From the NCBI GenBank assembly GCA_963752595.1, contig CAVVYZ010000022.1:96001-160000 (forward strand): a stretch of DNA of 64,000 nt, read 5' to 3'. Position numbers and translations under genes: made by a program. Below the pieces are notes generated by a model. The model had not been told where the DNA came from and did not search any database. It saw nothing but the letters and a program-made list of their open reading frames with translations. This document shows positions 40,756 to 51,063 of this stretch, piece after piece (position 1 is the stretch's first letter; every line of letters begins with the position of its first letter). The DNA comes from an uncultured delta proteobacterium (GTDB lineage Bacteria; Desulfobacterota; Desulfomonilia; UBA1062).

Positions 40756-42507
40756 ATGAAAGATAAGAGTACAGACCGGAATTGGATCCGCATGTCGCCC
40801 TGGGTCATCGTGGGTGCCTTTATCGTTTTGGTGCCGATCTTCGCCTTCATGACCGTGAAGACGATCAGAACCCAGCAGGATAATATGATCATGCTGCTTC
40901 GTGAGAAAGGCGACGCCCTCATCCGGTCTTTTGAAGCCGGCACCAGGACGGGTATGGTGGGATTCAACTGGAGCTGGGTTCAGGTCCAGAGGCTTATCAT
41001 GGAAACCGCAGAGCAGCCGGATATCCTTTACATACTCATTACGGATGTACAGGGAAAGATCATTGCCCATAACCAGCCTATGCATATCGGAAAAACCCAT
41101 GGGACAGGCCTCGATCTTACGGCTGTCGGCGATAAGATCCAGTCACGCCGGATAATAAGGTCCGATGGAAAGCCCATCTTCGAAGTCTACAGAAGGTTCG
41201 TTCCCTCAAGGGGAAGACTGCTTTCTCACAGCAGTCGTATCTTACCGGAAGAATGGTTCATCAATCATATATTCCCACAGGAATTCAAACAGCCGGCTCT
41301 GACGATATTTGTCGGGCTCGATATGGATCCCATCGTGAAAACGACACGGGAAAACACCCTCCAGAGCATCCTCATAGCAGTTATACTCCTTTTGATAGGC
41401 TTTTCAGGGATTGTATCCATAATCATCGCCTACAACTACCGTATTGCGCGGATGAGCCTTTCGAGGATCAAGGCCTTCTCGGATAACATTGTGGAAAACA
41501 TCCCGGTAGGTCTTATTTTTATCGGTGAAAACCGTAAGCTCATCACCATGAACAATGCTTCTGAAGATATGCTGAAGCTCTCCTCCCAGGACATACAGAA
41601 TGAGCATGCAGAAGACATTCTTCCTCCTCAGATTAACGAGCTTTTCGATCAGGCGCTGAAGTCGCCGACCGTATTCATCAAAGAGATCGACATCCCGATC
41701 CAGGGAAAGAATATGCTGTTTGAAACCAGTACGAGCGTATTGTACGACGACAACAATATTTTTCTGGGATACATAATGCTCCTGAGGGACACCACGGAGA
41801 TCCAGCACCTGAAGAAAGAAGTGTTGAGGAAGGAACGGCTCGCGTCTCTGGGAAGCCTTGCTGCCGGAGTCGCACATGAGATAAGGAATCCTTTAAGCTC
41901 TATCAAGGGGTTTGCAACGTATTTCAAGGAACGGTACCGTGATGTGCCGGAAGACCAGAAAACCGCTGATATCATGATCAGAGAGGTTGAACGCCTCAAC
42001 AGGGTCATCAGTCAGCTTCTGGAATTTGCCAGGCCGATGAATGTGGTTCAGAAACAGGCAAGCGTGAAGGACACGATCCGTCATTCCATCGAGATGATAA
42101 AACATCAGGCCGATGCTAAGGAAATCGAGATCATTGCCGACAGCATCTCCAATGTGCCCCTTATCGCGAATATCGATCAGGATAAAATTACCCAGGTCCT
42201 GCTCAACGTCTATCTGAATGCGATAGAAGCGATGGACAGCAGGGGTGTTCTCGAAATATGGACAGAGCAGGACGAGGTAAATTCGAATATCATCGTGAAT
42301 ATCTCCGATACCGGCCAGGGGATACCGAAACAGGACCTGAGCAGGGTTTTTGATCCCTATTTCACCACGAAACAGTCAGGTACCGGCCTCGGCCTCGCCA
42401 TTGTACACAAGATCATGGAGGCCCATGCAGGTCAGGTGAAAATATCCAGCAGAGAAAGCCAGGGCACGACGGTGTCCATCATTTTGCCCTCCAGAGGAAA
42501 GGAATAA
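40756..42507 (+). CDS. ZraS/HydH-like membrane sensor histidine kinase with PAS domain
   Basis: ALIRSFEAGTRTGM (ZraS-like), two TM helices, AHEIRNPLSSIKG and DPYFTTK..GTGLGL. Confidence 0.9.
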   Translation: MKDKSTDRNWIRMSPWVIVGAFIVLVPIFAFMTVKTIRTQQDNMIMLLREKGDALIRSFEAGTRTGMVGFNWSWVQVQRLIMETAEQPDILYILITDVQGKIIAHNQPMHIGKTHGTGLDLTAVGDKIQSRRIIRSDGKPIFEVYRRFVPSRGRLLSHSSRILPEEWFINHIFPQEFKQPALTIFVGLDMDPIVKTTRENTLQSILIAVILLLIGFSGIVSIIIAYNYRIARMSLSRIKAFSDNIVENIPVGLIFIGENRKLITMNNASEDMLKLSSQDIQNEHAEDILPPQINELFDQALKSPTVFIKEIDIPIQGKNMLFETSTSVLYDDNNIFLGYIMLLRDTTEIQHLKKEVLRKERLASLGSLAAGVAHEIRNPLSSIKGFATYFKERYRDVPEDQKTADIMIREVERLNRVISQLLEFARPMNVVQKQASVKDTIRHSIEMIKHQADAKEIEIIADSISNVPLIANIDQDKITQVLLNVYLNAIEAMDSRGVLEIWTEQDEVNSNIIVNISDTGQGIPKQDLSRVFDPYFTTKQSGTGLGLAIVHKIMEAHAGQVKISSRESQGTTVSIILPSRGKE

Positions 42508-42508
42508 T

Positions 42509-43861
42509 ATGAATATAAGCAGGGACATTCTCGTCGTGGATGATGACTTGGGTCATCGCACCATGCTCAAAACACTATTGTCCGGATGGGGCTACCACGT
42601 GACGGAGGCCGATGACGGTTCGAGCGCCATCGAAACAGTCCGGAACAAGCCGTTCGATCTTATCCTGATGGATATCCGTATGGTCAAGGTATCAGGTCTT
42701 GAGGCATTGAGCGTGATCAAAAGCATAAACCCTGCCATTCCCGTCATCATCATCACCGCCTTCTCATCGGTGGAGACAGCCATCGAAGCCATGAAAAAAG
42801 GTGCTTACGAGTATCTGACAAAACCGCTCGACTTCGAAGAGATGCGCATGAAAATGGAGAAGGCCATGGATCATAACCGGCTCAAGCAGGAAAACCGCAT
42901 CCTCAGAGAAATCATCGGGGAACACTTTGATGCCCGCAACATCATCGGCAAGAGCCCTCTGATGATCCGCCTCCTCGAAACCACCTCAAAGGCTGCTTCG
43001 TCGGAAGCGACCGTTCTGATCATGGGCGAAAGCGGAACAGGCAAAGAAATGATAGCAGGAGCGATCCATTTCAACAGTTCAAGAAAAGACAACTCTTTCA
43101 TAAAGCTCAACTGTGCAGCCATTTCCGAAGGTCTCCTGGAATCGGAGCTGTTCGGACATGAAAAGGGTGCTTTTACCGGAGCTATCAGGAGGAGAGACGG
43201 ACGGTTCAGCCAGGCACATCTCGGCACCTTGTTCCTGGACGAGATAAGCGAGATGTCCATGGCCATGCAGGCGAAGCTGCTCCGGGTAATCCAGGAAAAA
43301 GAGATGACCAGGGTCGGCGGAGAAGAGGTAATTTCTGTGGATGTGAGGCTCATTGCAGCAACCAACCGGGATCTTCTCTCCCAGGTTCAGAAGGGAAATT
43401 TCAGGGAAGATCTCTACTACCGCCTCAATGTCATCACTTTGAAAGTTCCTCCGCTCAGACAGCGCCGGGAGGATATACCCCTCCTCGCAGAAAATTTCCT
43501 CAAGATGTTTTCCGAGAAGAATACAAAGCATATTAAAGGCTTCACACCTCAGGCGATGGACAGGATCATCAGGTATAACTGGCCCGGCAATGTCAGGGAG
43601 CTGATGAATACCGTTGAAAGTGCTGTGGTGCTTTCGAGTACGGATTACTTGAGCTTCGATGATCTGCCCCTGCTGCCCGATGAATTACCTGCCCAGCCGC
43701 CGGCAGGTCATTTCCCGACGGATCTGCCTCTGGATGAAGTCGAAAAGTCAACCATACTCAAAACTCTGGAGGTATCCCACGGGAATAAGAGCGAAGCTTC
43801 CCGGAGGCTCGGCATAACCCGCGCCACGCTGCATAAGAAGCTGAAGAAATACGGGGTATAA
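42509..43861 (+). CDS. ZraR/NtrC-like sigma54 response regulator
   Basis: Receiver domain, GESGTGKE, GAFTGA, WPGNVREL and Fis-type HTH. Confidence 0.95.
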   Translation: MNISRDILVVDDDLGHRTMLKTLLSGWGYHVTEADDGSSAIETVRNKPFDLILMDIRMVKVSGLEALSVIKSINPAIPVIIITAFSSVETAIEAMKKGAYEYLTKPLDFEEMRMKMEKAMDHNRLKQENRILREIIGEHFDARNIIGKSPLMIRLLETTSKAASSEATVLIMGESGTGKEMIAGAIHFNSSRKDNSFIKLNCAAISEGLLESELFGHEKGAFTGAIRRRDGRFSQAHLGTLFLDEISEMSMAMQAKLLRVIQEKEMTRVGGEEVISVDVRLIAATNRDLLSQVQKGNFREDLYYRLNVITLKVPPLRQRREDIPLLAENFLKMFSEKNTKHIKGFTPQAMDRIIRYNWPGNVRELMNTVESAVVLSSTDYLSFDDLPLLPDELPAQPPAGHFPTDLPLDEVEKSTILKTLEVSHGNKSEASRRLGITRATLHKKLKKYGV

Positions 43862-43871
43862 AAAAAGAGGA

Positions 43872-44507
43872 TCAGAAATCCTCAGGCAAATCAGGGAAGA
43901 AAACGGAAAGCTCCTTCAGGAAGTCGTCTTTGCCCCTGAAAAAAATGGCATGGAGGCCCATTTCCCTCGCCCTCTCCACATGCCCCTCCGTATCGTCCAC
44001 AAACAGGGCCTCGCCGGGTTCAAGCTTCAGGATCTTGAGTACATCGGGAAAAATCGTTCTGTCTTTCTTGCTTTTTCCGAGATGATAACTGTTGAATACC
44101 TGCTCGAAGAGGCCGAAGATCTTCATATGCGTTTCCAGTTCATCGAGCCAGTTGGTCTGGTCGCTCAGGATGGCAAGCCTTATTTCTTTTCCTTTGAGCC
44201 GTTCAATGACCTTGAGCATCCACTCCCTTACCGTGAAACCCTTGAGGATGATGTTTCTCAACTCGGCATCGGTTTTTTTAATCCCGGTCTCTTTCCTCAT
44301 GGTTTCCCAAAAATATTCTTCCGTACCTCTCCCGGTGAGGTATCCGGTTTCATGGATGATTTCCCGTGCCTTTTCTACGAACGATTCTCCGTCAAGGCCG
44401 CTCTTTGCGGCTATCTCCAACAAGCCGTTCCTGAACCCCTCATCCGCGATCACGCCGCCGAAATCAAACAATGCTGCTTTGATTTTATGTCCTCTCACCG
44501 CTGTCAT
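43872..44507 (-). CDS. HAD-family phosphatase
   Basis: FDFGGV, LSD and FVDD motifs. Confidence 0.88.
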   Translation of the reverse strand: MTAVRGHKIKAALFDFGGVIADEGFRNGLLEIAAKSGLDGESFVEKAREIIHETGYLTGRGTEEYFWETMRKETGIKKTDAELRNIILKGFTVREWMLKVIERLKGKEIRLAILSDQTNWLDELETHMKIFGLFEQVFNSYHLGKSKKDRTIFPDVLKILKLEPGEALFVDDTEGHVERAREMGLHAIFFRGKDDFLKELSVFFPDLPEDF

Positions 44508-44516
44508 CCATCCCTT

Positions 44517-45466
44517 CTACAGACCAAGAATATATCCCTTGAACACAAAAAGCAAAGGCAGCACGAGGAAGATAAAGATAAGGGTGTTCACTACGAAAAG
44601 GTTTGCAGTGAGCTTTGTATCCAGATGAAACAGCACTGAAGCAACCACCGAATAGATGGCTGCCGGCATGAATGATTCTAACCGGATGACCGATTCAATC
44701 TGCCTGTCGATCTCGAGGATGGCGAGAACCGCGGCTGTAAGAGCAGGTACTATCATGAACTTGATAAGGGAAAGGGTAATGTTTTCTCTCAAGAATAGGA
44801 AAATATTCGATACACTGAAATTCATGCCCATGCTGAAATAATAGAGGGCTATCGAGATGAGCATCAACGCATCGATCGGGAAGAAAAAGAAGGCCTGGCC
44901 AGATGAAATGCCTTGAATATCAACCCCAGGAGCACGGCAAAAAGTGGCATGTTCTGAAGGTCGAATACATGACTCCATATCATCATGCCGTGCTGATCCT
45001 CCTGAAGTGATGATACTGACCTGGCGTAGGGGAAAATAACGGTGAACACAAAGAGCATGAAATAGGACAGGAAAAGAAATGCAAGGCCGAGCCCCCTCTC
45101 GCCAAGAAAGAGGTAGCAGAGGAAAGCACCCATGGTGAACCCATGATTGGCTATGGATGAACTGATGAGGAAACTTGCCCGCGATTTTCCCTCCAAAGGC
45201 ACAACAGCCATCATCATCCTGCCTGCAGCCATTCCTATGAGGACGAGAAACAGGCCGGATATGGGGAGGATGATGACATCCCAGCTGAAATCAAGACCCC
45301 ATATGCTCCAGAGCGCGATGCACGGCTCGATAAAGATGAGATTGAACCTGATGAGCTTTCTTGAAGACAACCTGCCGGCGGGGATCCTGTTTTTGAGAAT
45401 CATCCCTGCCACAAAGGGGAAGACGATCATGCATTGAAACAGGATAAATCGAGCATGAGCACTCAT
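44517..45466 (-). CDS. AEC (auxin efflux carrier-like) membrane transporter, frameshifted near 44920
   Basis: Two overlapping hydrophobic ORFs carrying ANHGF and MPAAIYS motifs. Confidence 0.75.
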
Positions 45467-45547
45467 GGAAACCCATCCTTACCGATGGAGTACCCCTTAA
45501 GCCAAGCCTAAAGGGTATCATCTGAATGAAGATTAAATGTATCGATA

Positions 45548-45907
45548 TTACTTCGCAACCTTTTCCCGTGCACGTTTGGCCCGTTTGCTTTTCTGCCTGC
45601 GGATCTTCTCGATCTTCCTGGCAAGCGAAGAATCTTCTCCCAGCCGGGATTCTTCTATCTTATCCGCTATCATGCGGCGGGCGAAAAAACGGTTTGCAGC
45701 CTGGGATCTGGATTTCTGGCATTTCACTTCTATCCCGCTAGGGATGTGCTTCAGATACACGCAGGAGGACGTCTTGTTTACCTTCTGCCCTCCCCTTCCT
45801 TGAGCATGGACAAACTTTTCTTCCAGGTCTCCATTTTTTATACCCAGCGATTTCATCCGCTCTTCGAGCAGCTTTACTTTTTCAGGGCTGATAGGAGTAT
45901 CGCTCAT
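45548..45907 (-). CDS. Stand-alone GGQ peptidyl-tRNA hydrolase (ArfB/C12orf65-like)
   Basis: GRGGQKVNKTSSCV and KCQKSRSQ; basic C-terminal tail. Confidence 0.88.
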   Translation of the reverse strand: MSDTPISPEKVKLLEERMKSLGIKNGDLEEKFVHAQGRGGQKVNKTSSCVYLKHIPSGIEVKCQKSRSQAANRFFARRMIADKIEESRLGEDSSLARKIEKIRRQKSKRAKRAREKVAK

Positions 45908-45935
45908 CGGCAGGCTTTAAATGAACTGCATCATG

Positions 45936-46268
45936 TCAACGGATATACACCAGATAAAAAATAGTAAACATGATGTACACGATTGAAACTCCCAGGATGA
46001 AGGGCCATCTGCCGTGGAAGGATACAGGCCCGAAAAGCCAATATCCGCACTCCTTGCACTTGGTGAACCACCTGCGGGAAACGATGCTGTCACAGCGGGG
46101 GCAGCAGCAGACATTTCCGCGCGGCCCCATCTCCCGTATTTTTATATTCTCCCTGAACGATTTCCGGAGATTGATGTCGTGCCTGCACTTCGGGCACGTG
46201 ATGTCCATGGGCTGGAAATCATCCCACACGACTTTATTACCGCATGTCGGGCACTTGATCACGATCAT
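45936..46268 (-). CDS. Hypothetical double Zn-ribbon protein with C-terminal TM helix
   Basis: CPTC, CPKC, CPRC and CKEC followed by a hydrophobic tail. Confidence 0.7.
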   Translation of the reverse strand: MIVIKCPTCGNKVVWDDFQPMDITCPKCRHDINLRKSFRENIKIREMGPRGNVCCCPRCDSIVSRRWFTKCKECGYWLFGPVSFHGRWPFILGVSIVYIMFTIFYLVYIR

Positions 46269-46271
46269 AGG

Positions 46272-46874
46272 CTAGTACAATCCTCCCTTATCACCATTAA
46301 AGCTTCCTTTCCCCCACCTGCCGCCCGAGACGACGGATATCGACAGCTGAACTTTATCAGAACCGTAGGTCATCATCAATCCTATTGTCCCGTCTTTTCT
46401 GGTAAAAATTGCATCAGCAGGAAGATTGCCTCGTATATGGAGCTCCTGGGGCAGCAGATCCTCATCAACGTGCAAGTTGCCCCAGGTATAGGTTACTGAT
46501 GTCGTATCGTTACGGGTTCGTTTCCAAAGATAAGGGGATTCGGGAGGTACTCCGGCAATAAGGCCAAGGAATTGCTCCGCAGGCAGCGTGTACTGCTTGA
46601 TCTGCTTCCCCCAGACATCATAGATCTTTACCTGACCCTGGGAAATGTCCAGGGTAAACGCTGCCAGGCCCATGGGACCGTAAATCTGTGCATACCCATG
46701 ATCCCGGGAGACAATAGCCAAGGCGCCTTTAAAGCTGATATCCTCACCTTGCACAGATGCCCGTCCCTCAAATACCGCCCGAAAGGGATACACATCGGCA
46801 TTGGGGATCTTCAATGATGCGCAGCTTGTGAGAAGCATCGAACAGGCAAGAAGAAAGGCGGAAAGGTTTTTCAT
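46272..46874 (-). CDS. Hypothetical lipoprotein
   Basis: Lipobox LTSC; beta-rich body. Confidence 0.7.
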   Translation of the reverse strand: MKNLSAFLLACSMLLTSCASLKIPNADVYPFRAVFEGRASVQGEDISFKGALAIVSRDHGYAQIYGPMGLAAFTLDISQGQVKIYDVWGKQIKQYTLPAEQFLGLIAGVPPESPYLWKRTRNDTTSVTYTWGNLHVDEDLLPQELHIRGNLPADAIFTRKDGTIGLMMTYGSDKVQLSISVVSGGRWGKGSFNGDKGGLY

Positions 46875-46968
46875 AGTAATGTATTATCTTATATAGAGCT
46901 TTGGCTCAAAGGCAATAAGAAAGGCATAAGCTATTGACAAGGAGGAGAATAATATTACTTTATACGGT

Positions 46969-47427
46969 ATGATAGAGAGGATACTGATACCAACGGACTT
47001 CAGTGAATCTTCCCGGTATGCCTTGAAATACGCCGTTGATCTGAATGCAGTTTTCAAAGCAAGGCTCTTTCTTCTCCATGTCCTGCAGGATTTTACCGAG
47101 TTTTCCGAGTACAATCTGAGCCCGAGCATCCTCCCGCAGCTCTATCTCGAGTTCGAAGAGAATGCCGCCAAGCGCCTCGAGGAGATGGTGACCCACATGG
47201 TGCCTCCCGAGACGCACTGCGATACGTATATTCTTCACGGAGTTCCTTTCTATGAGATCATCCAATTTTCAAAGCGTGAGAAAGTAGATATGATTGTGAT
47301 CGGTACCCGAGGCAGGACCGGAATTCAGCATGTTCTGTTCGGGCATACCGCAGAAAAAGTCGTGAAGAAGTCACACTGTCCTGTTCTCTCGGTCAAGCAC
47401 CCGGAAATTGAGTTCTCCATGCCGTAA
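46969..47427 (+). CDS. Universal stress protein
   Basis: ILIPTDFS, IVIGTRGRTG and FGHTAEKVV motifs. Confidence 0.93.
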   Translation: MIERILIPTDFSESSRYALKYAVDLNAVFKARLFLLHVLQDFTEFSEYNLSPSILPQLYLEFEENAAKRLEEMVTHMVPPETHCDTYILHGVPFYEIIQFSKREKVDMIVIGTRGRTGIQHVLFGHTAEKVVKKSHCPVLSVKHPEIEFSMP

Positions 47428-47477
47428 GCTGCACCAGGCAAATCATTGTACAAAAGGTATGCAAAGCCTGCTAAGGA

Positions 47478-48227
47478 TTATTCTATCGGATTGATCGGCC
47501 CTTCCACATACCCATGGATAAACTGCTTTACCAGCGGGTCTTCGGTATTTTTGAAATCTTCCGGCGAACCTTTGAAAACGATACGTCCGCGATAAATCAT
47601 GGCCATGTAATCTGCCAGGTTGAATGCGCCTTCGATATCATGGCTGATTACCAGACTGGTTGCCCCCGTCCTTTTCTGAACCTGACGGATGAGCATGTCG
47701 ATCGCACGCGATATCACCGGATCCAGACCGCTTGTCGGCTCGTCGAAAAGAAGGCATTTCGGGTTCATTGCCAGAGCCCTGGCTAATCCTACACGTTTTT
47801 TCATTCCGCCTGAGAGCTGGGAGGGCATCTTTTCCTCTGCGCCTGACAGGCCTACCTCTTTCAGAAGCTCCGCCACTACATGCCTGATTTTTTCTTTGGA
47901 ATAATCGGTATGAATGACGAATGGGAATCCCACGTTTTCTCCTACATTCATGGAATCAAAGAGTGCCGCATCCTGGAAGCAGACGCCAAAATATTTCCTC
48001 ACTTTATTGAGCTCGACCTCATCCATTCCTGTGATATCCATGCCGTCGATCATGATGCTGCCCGAATCGGGCTTGATAAGGCCTACGATATGTTTCAGCA
48101 GGACACTTTTCCCTGTCCCGCTGGGGCCGATGACAACCGTTATCTTGGACTCAGGGATATCAAGATCAAGATCATTCAGAACTTTCTGTCCATTAAAGGA
48201 TTTAAAGAGAGAGCGTATCGCGATCAT
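47478..48227 (-). CDS. MlaF/Mkl-type ABC ATPase
   Basis: GPSGTGKS, FQDAALFDSM, LSGGMKKRVGLARA and DPLVKQF motifs. Confidence 0.9.
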   Translation of the reverse strand: MIAIRSLFKSFNGQKVLNDLDLDIPESKITVVIGPSGTGKSVLLKHIVGLIKPDSGSIMIDGMDITGMDEVELNKVRKYFGVCFQDAALFDSMNVGENVGFPFVIHTDYSKEKIRHVVAELLKEVGLSGAEEKMPSQLSGGMKKRVGLARALAMNPKCLLFDEPTSGLDPVISRAIDMLIRQVQKRTGATSLVISHDIEGAFNLADYMAMIYRGRIVFKGSPEDFKNTEDPLVKQFIHGYVEGPINPIE

Positions 48228-49057
48228 ATATGTCCCTGCCAGGTCGTGTTATAGAGATCCTTCCTCCGGTGAGCCAGCAGAGGAAATTTTGCCCGTATGT
48301 CCTTTATCATCTCAAGGTCGATGTGCATGACCTCCACCGTCTCATCCTGCCCTGCATCCATGAGCACCTCGCCCCATGGTGACGTGACCATTGAATGTCC
48401 GTAGGGGATGTATTTGAGCGATGGATTGTGTGCAGGCTGTACCCCTATGACATATGCCTGCATCTCGACAGCACGGCTTCTCACCAGCATTTCCCAGTGA
48501 GCGGTCCCGGTAGCGAGGGAAAACGCTGCCGGCACAAAGAGCAGCCTTACATCCTGATCGGCAAGTATCTGAGCTATGGGTGTGAACCTGATGTCATAGC
48601 AGACGATGACCGATGCATTGCCCCAGGGCGTTTCAAACGAGCCGAGGGAATCTCCGGGCCTTATGACATCCGATTCCTTGACTACAGGCCCTCCTGGAGG
48701 GGTACAGTCAAAGAGGTGGATTTTATCATGGGAATACATCGTGTTTCCTTCACGATCGAAGACAAAGGCCCTGTTGAAGTACCTCTTTCCATCACCATCC
48801 CAAGGCATGGAGCCGGCAATGAGGATAATGCAGTGCCGTTTTGCCCGTTCCCTGAGGGAGTCGACCGCCTTCATCGCAACCGGCGCCGAAGAGCGGATAG
48901 AAAAAGGCTCATAGGGCGTAAAGAACATCTCCGGCAGCGCCACGATATCTGAACCTTTGCGGGCTGCCTCATCGATCATGCCGAGGGCGCTGGACAGGTT
49001 TTTCTCATGATCGTACCCCTGCTTTATCTGGCATATCCCGATTGCAACCGTATCCAC
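48224..49057 (-). CDS. Carbon-nitrogen hydrolase (Nit/omega-amidase-like)
   Basis: LPEMF, KIHLFD, VCYDIRF and GHSM motifs. Confidence 0.92.
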   Translation of the reverse strand: MDTVAIGICQIKQGYDHEKNLSSALGMIDEAARKGSDIVALPEMFFTPYEPFSIRSSAPVAMKAVDSLRERAKRHCIILIAGSMPWDGDGKRYFNRAFVFDREGNTMYSHDKIHLFDCTPPGGPVVKESDVIRPGDSLGSFETPWGNASVIVCYDIRFTPIAQILADQDVRLLFVPAAFSLATGTAHWEMLVRSRAVEMQAYVIGVQPAHNPSLKYIPYGHSMVTSPWGEVLMDAGQDETVEVMHIDLEMIKDIRAKFPLLAHRRKDLYNTTWQGHI

Positions 49058-49164
49058 AAAAACCCCCGTAAAGCTTATAGGATCCGATGAAAGAAGCGAG
49101 CTTGTCTTTCTTTATGAATGTGATATCGGTATTCAGGAGCTCAAGTCAATTATTTTCAAGGTAA

Positions 49165-51063
49165 TCAATAAAACAGAGAATAGAGCATATTTACGAGATG
49201 CTTCGATTTTCCCTCTCTCGACAACCAAATATTGATCTCGGTCCTTGATGTCCTGTTCTTCCTCATCCATGCTCTGAGCTCATTGGGAAGCAGATTGATG
49301 CAGAAAAATTCGTTCCAGGAATTTATGTAGAGAATATCCACCTCCTGGATTGTGTGATAAATGTCAGGGACCTCCATATTGCCGATTATGATCATTTTTT
49401 TTAAGTATTTCTTATCCATGAGGGAATCCCTGTCCAGCCCTACGGAATTGGCATCGGGGATCAAGGTGTTCAACTCCCTCAAGAGAGCCTGGATATCCGA
49501 CAGCGATGCCCCGGAAGCATTGGGGACCATGTGTAGGGAAGTCGAGGCATCGATCCGTTTATTGTAGACCAGCCACGTCATGATCTTTACTACCCTCTCT
49601 GCACTCATGATGGGCTTCTGTTTTTTCTGCTCTGGATATACTTCATGGATAAACCATTGCTTTTTGTCGTAGGAAAAGAAGAGTTCCTCGTAGGCAGGTT
49701 CTTTTTTCTTTACCCTCTTTTCAGGATCGATCTTGCCTTCCTTGGAAACATAGAAAGCTTCGATCCTTCTCCGCAAGACTTCAATCTCGACATCCTGGTC
49801 GAGCTGGGAATTCATGAGAAAAGATTTTGCCCTTCGTATAAGGAGCACAGTTGTACGCTTGAGATAGTCATGGAGTTCGTCGCCGAATGCCCGGTATTTT
49901 TCCACGTCCCATTCATTGAAACGGTTGAGTTCGCGGAAAAATCCAATGGACCAATCCCATTTCTTTACGATTTCCACCATGAAGGCCTGCTTGTCATGCT
50001 GTCCTATGTTGAGAAGATCATTGCCGGTAATATTGGCAGATATTTTCAGATAAAAACATTTTCTGAGGAGGTCTATGGTCTTCTCGTCACCTTTGGACCG
50101 GTAGTAGTCTTCTACCCGCTGAAAGACTTCGACGTATGGATCTACTACTTCATCCTGGCCTGCTTGCAGTACATGATCCTTCACTTCTTCGCACAAGAGG
50201 GCCTTTTCCTCCGAGGGCTCGAGATATGTGGCAAGGAGCGCCATTTTAAGAACCGACTTGAGGGGATCATCGAGGGCTTTGTGCATCTGCCACAATGCGG
50301 CCCCGAGAAGCTCTTCCTCGGGTATATTGGTGATATTGCCCATATCGATAAAATCATCAATGTCAAAGTCCGCAGATTTTTTTAGGTGCTGGTTTATTGT
50401 CTCATAGGAATTGCCATCATTTCCAGGAGGAACCACCCACCACAGAGGCACCCTTCCTTCGATCAAGGTCATCGTACGGTAGAATTCCTCCTTCAGGGTA
50501 TTCTTCAATGCCGAGCCTGAGCCTTCCTGTGATACCGTGCCGAAATGGTTCTGTTGGATATCGTTGATATCCATGAGGAAGAAATGGACTTCGATGATAT
50601 ATTGGCTGGTAATCCACCTCTGAAGGAGCTTTAGTTTCCTCTCAAGCAGCCTCAGCCTGGATTTACCGATCCCCTCAGAGCTGACGACGACCCAGATATC
50701 ATAATCGGATTCCCTGGTCTGTCCAAGGCTCCCCACAGAGCCGATGGTGAAAAGACCTTCGATTTCACGATGCCTGGGCACAAGGTTCTGGACCTCTCCT
50801 ACCTTGATGCGTACGGGCAGAAATGACTCCAGGCTACTGATTGTGCTTGCAGGCCATTCCATGCACTTGACCCCTGACGGGCAATCGTTATCTCCCATAA
50901 AACCGGGTAACGCAGGATGGTTGATATGGAGGCACAGCGGAACTAGACTAAGAATGACGCGGGCTCCCAGAGGGTCATTCATCAGCATGACCTTTTTCTT
51001 ACCCCGATTATACTGCGTAAAAGTCCGGAGTCCCGCTACTAGCTTTATTTCAATATCATTCAT
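49165..51063 (-). CDS. cyaA: Class I adenylate cyclase
   Basis: GSVGSLGQTRESDYDIW, EVHFF, KEEFYRT, ALWQMHK and PLKSVLK motifs. Confidence 0.88.
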   Translation of the reverse strand: MNDIEIKLVAGLRTFTQYNRGKKKVMLMNDPLGARVILSLVPLCLHINHPALPGFMGDNDCPSGVKCMEWPASTISSLESFLPVRIKVGEVQNLVPRHREIEGLFTIGSVGSLGQTRESDYDIWVVVSSEGIGKSRLRLLERKLKLLQRWITSQYIIEVHFFLMDINDIQQNHFGTVSQEGSGSALKNTLKEEFYRTMTLIEGRVPLWWVVPPGNDGNSYETINQHLKKSADFDIDDFIDMGNITNIPEEELLGAALWQMHKALDDPLKSVLKMALLATYLEPSEEKALLCEEVKDHVLQAGQDEVVDPYVEVFQRVEDYYRSKGDEKTIDLLRKCFYLKISANITGNDLLNIGQHDKQAFMVEIVKKWDWSIGFFRELNRFNEWDVEKYRAFGDELHDYLKRTTVLLIRRAKSFLMNSQLDQDVEIEVLRRRIEAFYVSKEGKIDPEKRVKKKEPAYEELFFSYDKKQWFIHEVYPEQKKQKPIMSAERVVKIMTWLVYNKRIDASTSLHMVPNASGASLSDIQALLRELNTLIPDANSVGLDRDSLMDKKYLKKMIIIGNMEVPDIYHTIQEVDILYINSWNEFFCINLLPNELRAWMRKNRTSRTEINIWLSREGKSKHLVNMLYSLFY

